From NCBI RefSeq assembly GCF_020745735.1, contig NC_083411.1:94164328-94228327 (forward strand): a stretch of DNA of 64,000 nucleotides, read 5' to 3'. Positions 24,631 to 36,635 of the stretch are shown in pieces. The notes beneath the pieces were generated by a model. The model saw only the letters and a program-made list of their open reading frames with translations. It ran no database searches and was not told the DNA's origin. Made by a program: the position numbers and the translations under genes. The DNA comes from Hemiscyllium ocellatum. Lineage: Eukaryota. Position 1 is the stretch's first letter. Each line of letters opens with the position of its first letter.

Positions 24631-25730
24631 TAGAGTCATAGAGATGTACACCACAGAAACAGACCCTTTGGTCCAACTCGTCCATGCCGATCAGATATCC
24701 CAACCCAATGTGGTCCCACCTGCCAGCACCCGGCCCATATACCTCCAAACTCCGCCTATTCGTATACCCATCCAGATGCCTTATAAATGTTGCAATTGTA
24801 CCACATCCTCTAGCAGTTCATTCCATATACGTACCACCCTGTGCATGAAAGCATTGCCCCTTAGGTCTCTTTTATATCTTTCCCCTCTCACCCTAAACCT
24901 ATGCCCTCTAGTTCTGGACTCCCACACCCCAGGGAAGAGATTTGGTCTATTTATCCTATCCATGCCCCTCATAATTTTGTTAACCTCTACAAGGTCACCC
25001 CTCAGCCTGACACTCCAGGGAAAAACAGCCCTAGCCTATTCAACCTCTCCCTATAGCTCAAATCCTCCAACCCTGGCAACATCCTTGTAGATCTTCTCTG
25101 AACCCTTTCAAGTTTCACAACATCTTTCCGATAGAAAGGAGACCAGAAGTGCACGCAATATTCCAACAGTGGCCTAACCAATGTCCTGTACAGCTGCAAC
25201 ACGACCTCCCAACTCCTGTACTCAATACACTGGCCAATAAAGGAAAGCATTCTTCACTATCTTATCTGCCTGCACTTTCAAGGAGCTATGAACCTGCACT
25301 CCAAGGTCTCTTTGTTCAGCAACACTCCCAAGAACCTTATTATTAAGTGTATAAGTAATTTTAAGATTTGCTTTCTCAAAACGCAGCACTTCACATTTAC
25401 CTAAATTAAACTCCATCTACCACTTCTCAGTTCATTGACCCATCTGATCAAGATCCTGTTGTAATCTGAGATAACCTTCTTTGTTGTCCACTACACCTCC
25501 AATTTTGGCATCATCTGCAAACTTACTAACCATGCCTCTTATGCTCACACCCAAATAATTTATATAAATGATGAAAAGTAGTGGATCCAGCACCGATCTT
25601 TGTGGCACTCCACTGGTCACAGGCCTCCAGTGTGAAAAACAACCCTCCACTACCACCCTCTATCTTCTACCGTTGAGCCAGTTCTGTACCCAAATGGCTA
25701 GTTCTCCCTGTACTCCATGAGATCTAACCT
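24631..25730 (-). mobile_element. Young CR1 LINE 3' 1.1 kb
   Basis: ORFs 25432-25656 (VTSGVPQRSVLDPLLFIIYIN..KFADD), 25002-25250 and 24781-24972, plus the 3' tail. Confidence 0.9.
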
Positions 25731-25739
25731 TAACATTCA

Positions 25740-26028
25740 TTTGACAACAACCTCCAAACCAATGGCATCTAGCATCTAATACAAGAGCAGCAGACACATG
25801 CAAATATCACTACCTGCTAATTCAGTTCCAAGCCACACACCACCGTGACTTGGAACTATATCACCATCCCTTAGCCACCACTGGATTCGAATTCTGCAAC
25901 TCACTGCCTACATATGGACTGCAGCAAATTAAATCAACAGCTCACCATACCTTCAAGGTTAATTATGGATGGGCAACAAATGCTAGCCTTAGCAGCAAAT
26001 ACTTACACCCTACGAATGATTTTTTTAA
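25740..26028 (+). mobile_element. 3' end of another non-LTR family (CR1/L2 group)
   Basis: Ends in ggatgggcaacaaatgctagcc. A related fragment lies at about 38040-38140. Confidence 0.5.
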
Positions 26029-26310
26029 AATCTGAATTGGTATTTTAAAACACGATTAAATATGCAGCCATCAAATGTACTCAGCACTGTTTCTAGGTAT
26101 ACTCAATCAAAAAGAATTCATCATACAGTGCAATTTTGTGAAGTATCTTTTGTTAAAATACTTCCTAGTACCTGAACCTTCACACGCACAAGCATATATC
26201 TGACGCAACAGCAGATGAGGAAATTATCCTAACAATGTGAACCTGACTGCAAAAGGTAGCAGATGTCATCGGCTGCCGAATGCCATTCTCTCCGCAACTA
26301 AATCATCTGC

Positions 26311-26974
26311 TGTGAGAAACAAAGCTCACTCACTGCAGTAATTTCAGTCCGAGACAAGATCTGAATCAGCAGAGCTCTTTATTTCACACTTGCAAGTGGG
26401 TGTGATGTCCACAAGGCAGGGACAAAACACACACTGAATTCAACAAATACTCGATATTTATACAATTTGGTTCCTATATGTTTTTTTTCTTATTTCATTG
26501 TTTCCCCTCCTGTTTACATCCTCCACTTCCCTGAGACCCTCCTGCTTATCTTGTGTCTTATCCGGTCTTGTCTGTGAAAAACATGCTCATTCCTATTCTC
26601 AGGGCTGTTTGCCCTTTGCCTGCTTCCCTAACCATGATTTACTCCTTCCATTGATGCTGCTCCTCTCAGCATCTTATTATTAAGACTCATTTAATTGTGC
26701 TTTTGTTCCTCTTTCTGTAAAAGTGGGAAACAGATGTTTATACAGGCATATTGAGTTTAACTGTCTGTTTTCAAAGCATCTTATCACGAAGCCCTTCTAA
26801 ATGGCTTTACCATTTGTTACATCCTTAGCAAACCAATTAGCATTTCCTCCACAGAGTTCACATTCTTGTTGACTCAGCTCCTGGCTGAAACAATTGCACT
26901 CTGATGGAGTTCAGTTATTTTTTTATATAATGAATTTTAGAACTGCAGAAGAAACATAAATTTCCTATATCACA
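26311..26974 (-). mobile_element. Solo LTR (664 bp) in MARS2 intron 1
   Basis: TGTGA...TCACA termini, flanked by the direct repeat catctgc (26304-26310 / 26975-26981). Minus-strand TATAAA (26457-26462) is followed by AATAAA (26378-26383), as in U3-R-U5. Confidence 0.75.
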
Positions 26975-27201
26975 CATCTGCGAATATCGGAAGAAAACGC
27001 GATCGATCCTCGTTAAGATTTTTCAGCACTGCAAGGGAAGCCTCCCATTTTGCTCAAATCATTGGGTAACATTAGAGAGAGAGAAAAGAAAAGTTTCGTT
27101 TTTGGTGCCAACCCCGCAATAAGCTCAGTGACCTTTCACACACAAACTCAATTGCTGCAAAACTTAGGGGAAACTTTCACTCAATGCAAACGGAGCCCGC
27201 T

Positions 27202-27500
27202 AGGGCGGCACGGTGGCACAGTGGTTAGCACTGCTGCCTCACCGCGCCGGAGACCCGGGTTCAACTCCCGACTCAGGCGACTGACTGTGTGGAGTTTGCA
27301 CGTTCTCCTCGTGTCTGCGTGGGTGTGCTCCGGTTTCCTCCCACAGTCCAAAGATGTGCGGGTCAGGTGAATTGACCATGCTAAATTGCCCGTAGTGTTA
27401 GGTAAGGGGTAAATGTTGGGGTATGGGTGGGTTGCACTTCGGTGGGTCGGTGTGGACTTGTTGGGCTGAAGGGCCTGTTTCCACACTGTAAGTCATCTAA
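27202..27500 (+). mobile_element. HE1-type V-SINE, full length, young
   Basis: Starts gggcggcacggtggcacagtggttag. B-box, V-domain and tail present, CpGs retained. Confidence 0.9.
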
Positions 27501-27598
27501 ATCCATTCAATATAAACCTGGGCCAGCTCCCACTGGTCAATAACCTGGATGTCTGGGGCCCAGTGCCCTGGCCTAGCCGGCTGCTGCTTCCCCCGTAC

Positions 27599-27875
27599 CT
27601 GTTGTGAACCTGACCTCATGCCCGCCTAAGACCTTGGAGCGGTACACGGCGTCCGCCAGCACCGCCGAGTACAGGTGCCCGATGTGGGGGCTCGCATTCA
27701 CATAGAAGATGGGCGTGGTGATGAGGGAGGGGCCGCCGCAGGCAACACGGGCAGGCCGAGGAGTCTCCGGGCATGCCAGCGGGCCGAGTACCCGCGCGTT
27801 GCCGGGGGCCGAGCAGGCCCGCCATAAGCCGAGGGGCGACGGGAGCACGAGCTGCCGGGATACAAGGCCCCTCAT
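27599..27875 (-). CDS. MARS2: Mitochondrial methionyl-tRNA synthetase, exon 1
   Basis: ATG at 27875. An Arg/Leu/Ser-rich, acid-poor N-terminus (presequence-like) precedes [19 protein letters not shown] (HIGH motif). Donor ACAG|GTACGG, phase 1. The spliced CDS is 1815 nt = 604 aa. Confidence 0.93.
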
Positions 27876-27879
27876 CCCA

Positions 27880-27995
27880 CCGCCGACCACGCATGCGCAC
27901 GAACCGGGCTTTAACACGCATGCCCGCCGAGCCGTTCCCTTTTGCGCATGCTCATTCGTAACCAATCAACGCTTAGGTCTTGGCAGCCAATCAGA
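27880..27995 (-). promoter_or_regulatory. MARS2 CpG-island promoter with NRF1-like and CCAAT motifs
   Basis: GTGCGCATGCGT on the minus strand (27889-27900), TGCGCATGC (27943-27951), CCAATCA at 27962 and 27987. Confidence 0.65.
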
Positions 27996-28039
27996 ATTCA
28001 GATCTCCACAAAGTGTGGCCCTATTCATGTTGTCAATCT

Positions 28040-28790
28040 GAAAGGTGTTGGTGAGACCCCACTGGTGCACAGTTTAAATCCCCTTATTTGAGGAGAGATA
28101 TAGTGGCATTGGAGGTAGTGCAGAGAAGATTCACCATTTGGAGATGCCGGTGTTGGACTGGGGTGTACAAAGTTAAAAATCTCACAACACCAGGTTATAG
28201 TCCAACAGGTTTAATTGGAAGCACTAGCTTTGGGAGCGACGCTCCGAAACAATCACCTAATGAAGGAGCGGTGCTCTGAATGCTAGCGTGCTTCCAATTA
28301 AACCTGGTGGACTATAACCTGGCGTTGTGAGATTTTTAACAGGGAAGATTCACGAGATTGAACCCGGAGATGAGGGGTTTGTTGTATGAAGAGGGATTGA
28401 ACAGTTTAGGCTTATGCCCTCTGGAATTTAGAAGAATGAGGGAATTTCAAATTGAGGTATTCAAGATGATAAAAGGTGTGGATGAAACAGACGTGGGTGG
28501 ATGCTTCCTCTTGAGTGACATACTTGGACCATAAGTCATAGTCTTAGGAGAGGGGGTAGCAAATTTAAAAGAGCATTGAGGAGAAAGTGCTTGTGAATCC
28601 ACTACCCCAAAGTGTGATGGATGTGAAGGCAGTGAGTAAAGTTGAGGAGGAGTTAGGCAGATTTTTAATTAGTAATGGGTTGAAGGAATGTGGACAGAAG
28701 GCAGGAAAATGGATTTGAGGAGCATATCAACCATGATTGAATAGTGGAGCAGACTCAAACAGCCAAATGGCCTAATTCTGCTCCTATAAT
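28040..28790 (+). mobile_element. CR1 LINE 3' fragment hosting a fold-back insertion
   Basis: LRRDIVALEVVQRRFT continues after 28340 as the CR1 ORF2 end and 3' UTR. Confidence 0.75.
28135..28339. mobile_element. Second-family Penelope-derived fold-back insertion with 14-bp TSD
   Basis: Inverted arms gttaaaaatctcacaacaccaggttatagtcc.. / ..ggactataacctggcgttgtgagatttttaac. TSD cag(a/g)gaagattcac at 28121-28134 / 28340-28353. Decayed hammerhead cac-ctaatga-a-ggagc..gctct-gaat-gcta. Confidence 0.85.
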
Positions 28791-28806
28791 TTAAGTAGTT
28801 ATGAAA

Positions 28807-28986
28807 CCAAAGCAGAAATTCCCGGGGAAACCTATCACCAGCAAGTCTGGTAGCATCCGTATGGAAAAAGCAGTGTTAATGTTTCAGGTCTGGATATGAA
28901 GAATCACTGGACTCAAAACATTAACTCTGTTTTCTCTCTACAGATCCTGCCAGACCTGCTGAGTTTCTCCAGCAATTTCTGTTTTA
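28807..28986. mobile_element. Third-family Penelope-derived fold-back hairpin, degenerate
   Basis: Inverted arms aaagcagaaatt..cagcaagtctggtagcatc / gatcctgccagacctgctgagtttctccagcaatttctgtttt. Confidence 0.65.
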
Positions 28987-29159
28987 GAATTTAAATCACA
29001 TTTGACTTCCAGACACTGCTGGAGCCCATTCTCCATGTACAGTGTTGAAGCACAGGGATAGACCAGACTCTGCCGTTCTCCCTGAATCCTGCAGCACTGT
29101 AAGGTACCAGCTCCTCCCAATAAGCAGACATTTCCCCCAAAATCCTGAAGCAAAGGGAG

Positions 29160-29615
29160 ATATTAGATCCTGATACTGGACTTCAGGGGTTATGTTATGA
29201 GGAAAGATTATACAAATTAGGCCTTTATTGTTTAGAAGGCTAAAGAGTGATCTGATTTGAAGCCTTCAAAATATTTATCGGAAAAGTCAGTGTATGTAAA
29301 GTTAAACTTTTTCTACTGTTGAAGATTTGACAACTGGGGTACCTTGTCTAAAGATTAGGGCCAGACCATTTCAGAAAAGATGTTAGCAAGCACTTCTACA
29401 AAGAGGAGTGGACATTTAGAACATTCTTCCACAAATGGCAGTTGATGCTAGATCCATTGTTAACTTTAAATGAGATAGATACATTTTTGTTACAGCAAAG
29501 ATATTAAGGGATATGGGTCAACAGCAGATTTATGGAGTTAGACCACAGATCAGCCATGATCTCATCGAATAATGAAACAGAATCAAGGGCTGATTGGCCC
29601 AGTCCTGTTTCTATG
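29160..29615 (+). mobile_element. Old CR1 LINE 3' fragment
   Basis: Similarity to the CR1 ORF2 end and UTR (gatattaagggatatggg..gatcagccatgatctcat). Confidence 0.6.
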
Positions 29616-29785
29616 TTCATACATGGTGTAAATACCTGGAAAGTTTCAAGTTATGATCAGCTGATTTGCACTGCCTATGTAAATGTTTCTCCAAACATAG
29701 CGTTAGGGACTTGGCCCAGATTTGAAGGAATTACCTGGGTACTTATCATGGAAGTTCACCAGTTTAATCTACCATATAAATTCAG

Positions 29786-29958
29786 GTAAAAATCACATAA
29801 CACCAGGTTGTATTCCATCAGGTTTATTTGGAAGTACAAGCTTTCAGAGCATGCTTCAAAAGCTCATACTTCCAAATAAACTTGTTTGACTATAACCTGG
29901 TATTGTGTGATTTTTAACTCTCTTCACCCTAGTCCAACACTGGCATCTCCACATCATG
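29786..29958. mobile_element. Second-family fold-back hairpin, degenerate
   Basis: Arms aaaaatcacataacaccaggtt / aacctggtattgtgtgattttt, fused within the hammerhead stem II region. Confidence 0.75.
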
Positions 29959-30259
29959 ATGTAATTGAGATTAGGAGAAAGTGAGAACTGCAGACACTGA
30001 ACATCAGTGTTGAAATGTAATTGAACTGAGCATCACAATGGGGGTTACCCGCCCATCCCCACAATCAACTCAACAATTCAACCCACGTCTAGCCCCCATG
30101 CTCTCAAACTAACTAGGCACTCATTGAGGTTTTTCAATTTTTAAAAATGTACATGTATATGGCAGCTTCTGTTGTAAACAAGGCATATCTTCCCTTCATC
30201 CGTCTTCTTTGGTGCTTGGTAATCTTGCCTTGGAGCCTGCATTAATCCATTTTAAAGGC

Positions 30260-33125
30260 TTAGACGGAGAGGAATTTCTAAGTGTGTACAAGACAATTTT
30301 CTGATTCAGTATGTGGATGTACCTACTACAGAAGGTGCAAATCTTGACCTACCCTTGGGAAATAAGGCAGGGCAGGTGACTAAGGTGTCAGTGGAGAAAC
30401 ACTTTGGGGCCAGCGACCATAATTCTATTAGTTTTAAAATAGTGATGGAAAAGGATAGACCAGATCTAAAAGTTGAAGTTCTAAATTGGAGAAAGGTCAA
30501 TTTTGATGGTATTAGGCAAGAACTTTCGAAAGCCAGTTGGAGGCAGATGTTTGCAGGTAAAGAGACAGCTGGAAAATGGGAAGCCTTCAGAAATGAGATA
30601 ACAAGAATCCAGAGAAAGTATATTCCTGTCAGGGTGAAAGGGAAGGCTGGTAGGTATAGGGAATGCTGGATGACTAAAGAAATTGAGGGTTTGGTTAAGA
30701 AAAAGAAGGAAGCATATGTCAGGTATAGACATGATAGATCGAGTGAATCCTTAGAAGAGTATAAAGAAAGTAGGAGTATACTTAAGAGGGAAATCAGGAA
30801 GGCAAAACGAGGACATGAGATAGCTTTAGCAAATAGAATTACGGAGAATCCAAAGGGTTTTTACAAATATATTAAGGACAAAAGGGTAACTAGGGAGAGA
30901 ATAGGGCCCCTCAAAGATCAGCAAGGCCACCTTTGTGCGGAGCCACAAAAAATGGGGGAGATACTAAATGAATATTTTGCATCAGTATTTGCTGTGGAAA
31001 AGGATATGGAAGATATAGAATGTAGGGAAATAGATTGTGACATCTTGCAAAACGTCCAGATTACAGAGGAGGAAGTGCTGGATGTCTTGAAACAGTTAAA
31101 GGTGGATAATTTCCCAGGAACTGATCAGGTGTACCCGAGAACTCTGTAGGAAGCTAGAGAAGTGATTGCTGGGCCTTTTGCTGAGTTATTTGTATCATTG
31201 ATAGTCACAGGTGAGGTGCCGGAAGACTGGAGGTTGGCAAACGTGGTGCCATTGTTTAAGAAGGGTGGTAAAAACAAGTCAGGGAACTATACACCGGTGA
31301 GTCTGACCTCAGTGGTGGGCAAGTTGTTGGAGGGAATCCTGAGGGACAGGATGTACATGTATTTGGAAAGGCAAGGACTGATTCAGGATAGTCAACATGG
31401 CTTTGTGCGTGGGAAATCACGTCTCACAAACTTGATTTGAGTGTTTTGAAGAAGAAACAAAGATTGATAAGGGCAGAGCAGTAGATGTGATCTATATGGA
31501 TTTCAGTAAGATGTTCGACAAGGTTCCCCATGGGAGACTGATTAGCAAGGTTAGATCTCATGGAATACAGGGAGAACTAGCCATTTGGATACAGAACTGT
31601 CTCAAAGGTAGAAGACAGAGGGTGGTGGTGGAGGATTGTTTTTCAGACTGGAGGCCTGTGACCAGTGGAGTGCCACAAGGATCGGTGCTGGGTCCTCTAC
31701 TTTTTGTCATTTACATAAATGATTTGGATGTGAGCATAAGAGGTACAGTTAGTAAGTTTGCAGATGACACCAAAATTGGAGGTGTAGTGGACAGCGAAGT
31801 GGGTTACCTCAGATTACAACAGGATCTGGACCAGATGGGCCAATGGGCTGATAAGTGGCCGATGGAGTTTAATTCCAATAAATGCGAGGTGCTGCATTTT
31901 GGGAAAGCAAATCTTTGCAGGACTTATACACTTAATGGCAAGGTCCTTGGGAGTATTGCTGAACAAAGAGACCTTGGAGTGCAGGTTCATAGCTCCTTGA
32001 AAGTGTAGTCGCAGGTAGATAGGATAGTGAAGGCGGTGTTTGGTATGCTTTCTGTTATTGGTCAGAGTACGGAGTACAGGGGTTGGGAGGTCATGTTGCA
32101 GCTGTATAGGACATCGGTTAGGCCACTGTTCGAATATTGCGTGCAATTCTGGTCTCCTTCCTATTGGAAAGATGTTGTGAAACTTGAAAGGGTTCAGAAA
32201 AGATTTACAAGGATGTTGCCAGGGTTGGAGGATCGAGGGAGAGCCAGTAGATGTAGTGTACCTGGACTTTCAGAAAGCTTTTGATAAAGTCCCACATAGG
32301 AGGTTAGTGAGCAAAATTAGGGCGCATGGTATTGGGGGGCAAAGTACTAACTTGGATTGAAAGTTGGTTGGCTGGTAGAAACAAAGAGTAGTGATAAACG
32401 GCTCAATTTCGGAATGGCAGGCAGTGACCAGTACTGGGACCACAGCTTTTTACAACTTGTGTTAATGATATAGAAGATGGTATTAGTAATAACATTAGCA
32501 AATTTGCTGATGATGCAAAGCTGGGTGGAAGGTGAAATGTGATGAGGATGTTAGGAGATTACAGGGTGACCTGGACAAGTTAGGGGAGTGGTCAGATGCA
32601 TGGCAGATGCAGTCTAATGTGGATAAATGTATGGTTACCCTCTTTGGTGGCAAGAACAGGAAGGCAGATTACTACCTAAATGGAATCAATTTAGGTAAAG
32701 GGGCAGTACAGAGATCTGGGTGTTCTTGTACACCAGTCAACGAAGGTAAGCATGCTTAGAGGTTTATAAAATTATGAGGGACATAGATAGGATAAATAGT
32801 CAAAGTCTTTTCCCTGGGGTTGGGGAGTCCAGAACTAGAGGGCATCGGTTTCGGGTGAGAGGGGAAAGATATAAAAGAGACCTAAGGGGCAACTTTTTCA
32901 CACAGAGGGTGGTAGGTGTATGGAATGAGCTGCCAGAGGAAGTGGTGGAGGCTGGTAGAATTGCAACATTTAAAAGGCATTTGGATGGGTATATGAATAG
33001 GAAGGGTTTGGAGGGATATGGGCCGGGTGCTGTCAGGTGGGACTAGATTGGGTTGGGATATCTGGTCAGCCTGGATGGGTTGGACCGAAGGGTCTGTTTC
33101 CATGCTGTACATCTCTATGACTCTA
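30260..33125 (+). mobile_element. Young 5'-truncated CR1 LINE (ORF2 pseudogene, ~2.9 kb)
   Basis: ORFs 30313-31149 (SDH endonuclease end and linker), 31162-31440, 31487-32008 (GVPQGSVLGP, KFADDTK), 32027-32284 and 32774-33046. Few stops, intact tail. Confidence 0.95.
32235..32756 (+). mobile_element. RT segment from a different CR1 subfamily embedded in the young CR1
   Basis: A second DVVYLDFQKAFDKVPH..KFADD..WQMQ segment with clearly divergent nucleotide sequence. Confidence 0.8.
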
Positions 33126-33299
33126 AGTCTTGGCTAAAAGTTCAAGTATAATCAGAGCACAAAAAATTGCATCAAATGGAAAATATGGATCATAACATTT
33201 TTTCCATATTCAACATATGTTGTTGTTTAACAGATTCAATGGATTGGTGAGACGGGACTTTTTTCTATGCTTCTGTAATAAATTGGCTGACTTTGTTCC

Positions 33300-34540
33300 T
33301 TTCAGCTCCTCAAGCATGCACCACCATTCAACAGGAGCATGGCTGATCCAGTACTCTTCCCATCCACATTCCTGACCTTTCCTCATTTCAGTCAGAAGAT
33401 CACACGCTCAAAGAATCTCAGCTTTTCTTTATACACTAGGACTCAACTCAGACTGGAGAGGAAATTCCTCATCTCAGTCTTTAATTCACACCCCTTTATT
33501 CGGAGACTATGCCCACTGGTCCTAGATTCTCCCTTAAAGGGAAATTTCCTCATAGCATTTACTTGTCAAGCCCCTTAAGAATCCAATTTGTTGCAATGAG
33601 ACCATTTCTCATTCCTCTAAACATTAATGAGGAGAGGCCTAAACTGTTTAGCCTTTGCTTACAAGGCAATCTCTCCGTACCAGGGGTCATCCTAGAGAAC
33701 CTTCTCTGAATCATCTCCCAAAAAAAAATTATATCTTTCCTTAAATAAAAGGGGACCAAAACTACTCCGTACTCCTTATATGATCTCACCATCACCTTGT
33801 GCAATTACAGTAATACTTTGCTACTCTTATACTCTACTCCCTTAAAATAAGGACAAACTGTCTATTTGCTGTCCTGGTTACCTGCAGCATTATTTTCTAG
33901 GTTTAACTTAGAAGTATCACTAAGTCTTTGTTTTGAAGCTTATTGCATTTTTGTTATTCTTTAGTTCCTCCTTCCAATGTGAAGGACTTAATTTTCCTAA
34001 ACTATACTCCATATGCTAACTGTTTGCCCACTCACTTAACCTATCAATTTCTCCATAAACTATTCTCTTCCTTTGGAGTCATTAATATACATCATAAACA
34101 GTTGATTTTCAGCACTGATCTCTGCAGAACCCCACTGGTCACAGGTCACCATCTTGAAGAACTCCTGCCAATGAGCCAATTCTCTATCCATGCCAAAATG
34201 CTGCCTAAAAGACAATGGACTGAGTTACTGACAACCGTGAGATACTTCGGCAAGTGCCTTCAGGTAGTCTAAATACAACACACATCTACCGGTTCCCCTC
34301 TAACCACACTGGTTGAGGCTTCATAAAAAAAAATTAGTCAGCAATTACTTCTTTCATGAAGCCATGCGGTCACTACTTGATTATGTTTTTCTAAGCGCTC
34401 TGTTGTCATCTTAATAATTGATTCTAATACTTTCCAACAATTGATAGTCACCCACTTTGGAACAGAGTTGTCACATTAACAGATTTCCAATCCTCTGGCA
34501 CTTCTTCAGAAATCAACGATTTTGGAAAATTACTGTGATG
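33300..34540 (-). mobile_element. Old degenerate CR1 LINE
   Basis: ORF 33559-33804 (MVRSYKEY..QRRFSRMTPG) and RT remnants. Confidence 0.65.
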
Positions 34541-36412
34541 ACTACAAAAGGCTAAGCTGTACTATTAGAATTGTTTGAGATTATGGAATCAAAACAGCAG
34601 GAAAAGGCACAGTTTGGCCCATCATGATTGCAGTGGACTTAAGATGCTTAGGGCTAAGGATACAAAAATTGATCAATACCAAATCATAATTTACATAGCA
34701 TTGGAATAGCAATTTGTGCCAGACTGTAGCCCCACAGCACATTAGCGATGCATTTCCACACAAACTAGCAAAATTTAGAAAGAAGATCAAGGAACAATTT
34801 TAATACAGAGGCAGCAACACGCTAGGAGTCTACCAACATGGGAACAGTAATCGTTGGAGGATTGATCAGCAAGTTCACAGATGATAAAAATTGATGACAT
34901 GGTCAATAGCAAAAGAAAAAAACCCTTGGACTACAGGTTTAGGCAGGCTGGGCAGAACAATGACAAATGGAATTTTAAACCCAAAAGTGAGAGGATATAT
35001 TTTGAGAAGACTAATGAGGTAAGGGAAGGGGGGTGGGGGGGTGAATCTACATCAAATTGATCTTCTGGAAATTTTACTAAAAAAGTGTTCTGGAGCTCAA
35101 TGGCAACAATTTTTAAATATTGATAAGTTGATAACATTCAAGCAACAGTGACCCTGGTCTTCAGCAACCAATTCTGTTCAGAGCTCTAATTACATTTAGT
35201 TCCAAAATAGGACTTTGATCCAGTCACTCATGTTAAGTACATCAAATGATACACGTTTGTTCAATCTGAACCCTGCATCCGGAAGATGCTAACTCTGCCT
35301 TTAGTGCAAATATTTACTGAGGGAATATGTTTTTTATTGGAAAAATAAGATAGAGGGAGGTTTATTCAAAATCCGTCTGTACAACATCTGGTCTGAAAAT
35401 CCTGCATGTAACTGCAGGTATCAAAAACTTGAAGCTGTTTGATTAACACTAATGTCCCTTGCAAAACAGGAACAAAAACCACACAAAATTTCAAATCTGA
35501 AAGGAAAGATCAAACATATTGGCCAAAGTATCTATTTTCATATTTGGTTCAAAAATACTTAGATTATGGAGATCAAGGAGCCCATTTTTGATTGTGTGAC
35601 TTAATGATCATTAAACAGTGACAGGAAGATCACTTTAAAAAAAAAAGGCAGACAACATATACAGCACATTAAAATAATGCATCTTGGGCATTCTTGTAGG
35701 AATGAATTATGGCTCTTATTTAATAAGAAATGCTGAAAGCAGAATCAGAAGTATCCAAACATATACATATTTATACTTTTTTCACATGTAACAAACTATT
35801 TGCTGAAAAAGCAAAACAAAATACAATATAAAATGACAGAGCTTCCAAAGCATTGCTTAAATAGTTTTAAAGTTAATATTAACAGGTTAAACATCACAAA
35901 TGGTACAATTAACAGAAACACATTGAAATACTTTGCACTTGAAAATAATTTACAATGTGATCCCTGAAACAAGCCAAAAAATGGTTTATAATTAAAACGA
36001 GAACTTTAAATTTTACTATTTACCAGTAACATTATAGATCCAAAGTTAACAAACATTATTTCTTCTGAGCAAGTGTATTACATTCTTCTCAGCTAAGCTA
36101 AATAATTTGAATATCGTGCACTAATTTTCAAATAGTTTGGTTGCAAACATAGTTGGGTGCATGCATTTTTTTTCAGGATCTTTCTACAACAGGGTGGAAT
36201 AGGTGGATCAAATCAAGCAACAATAAAGACACTTAGTCAACTGCAAGGTGAAGGGGAAAAAAGACGTGAAGAGTTTACAAGTTAATCATTAAAACTGTGT
36301 CATTCTGTCGCACTTGTAGTTCCAAAGGGCTAGAGAGTAGATGGTGTAGTTGTCCTTGCATCTTTCCCCTCTTTTCCCAATCTACAAGAACTTCTGACAA
36401 AATGTAGAAATA

Positions 36413-36413
<1 letters not shown>

Positions 36414-36443
<30 letters not shown>
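36414..36443. repeat. G30 homopolymer
   Basis: 30 consecutive G. Confidence 0.95.
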
Positions 36444-36444
<1 letters not shown>

Positions 36445-36635
36445 GAAAATTTACTTACATTCAGTTCAAAAAAAAAGGAACAATTTCACTAACAGTGACA
36501 GAACATTATGTGTGAGGACACTCAGTACCCTAATTCTTTCAACAAGATTTTTTAAAATCTACAATGTTAAGAATTGGTACTTTTTTAAAAACTTGAAGTT
36601 TAAGATATCAAAACGTCTAATATATTCAGTGGTTA

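Noticed and set aside
27876-27965. Longer MARS2 N-terminus
   Set aside because: Non-ATG start that runs through the promoter motifs; the first ATG is at 27875.
30313-32284. Functional reverse transcriptase gene
   Set aside because: 5'-truncated CR1 ORF2 with stops at 31147 and 32006 and a frameshift near 31440.
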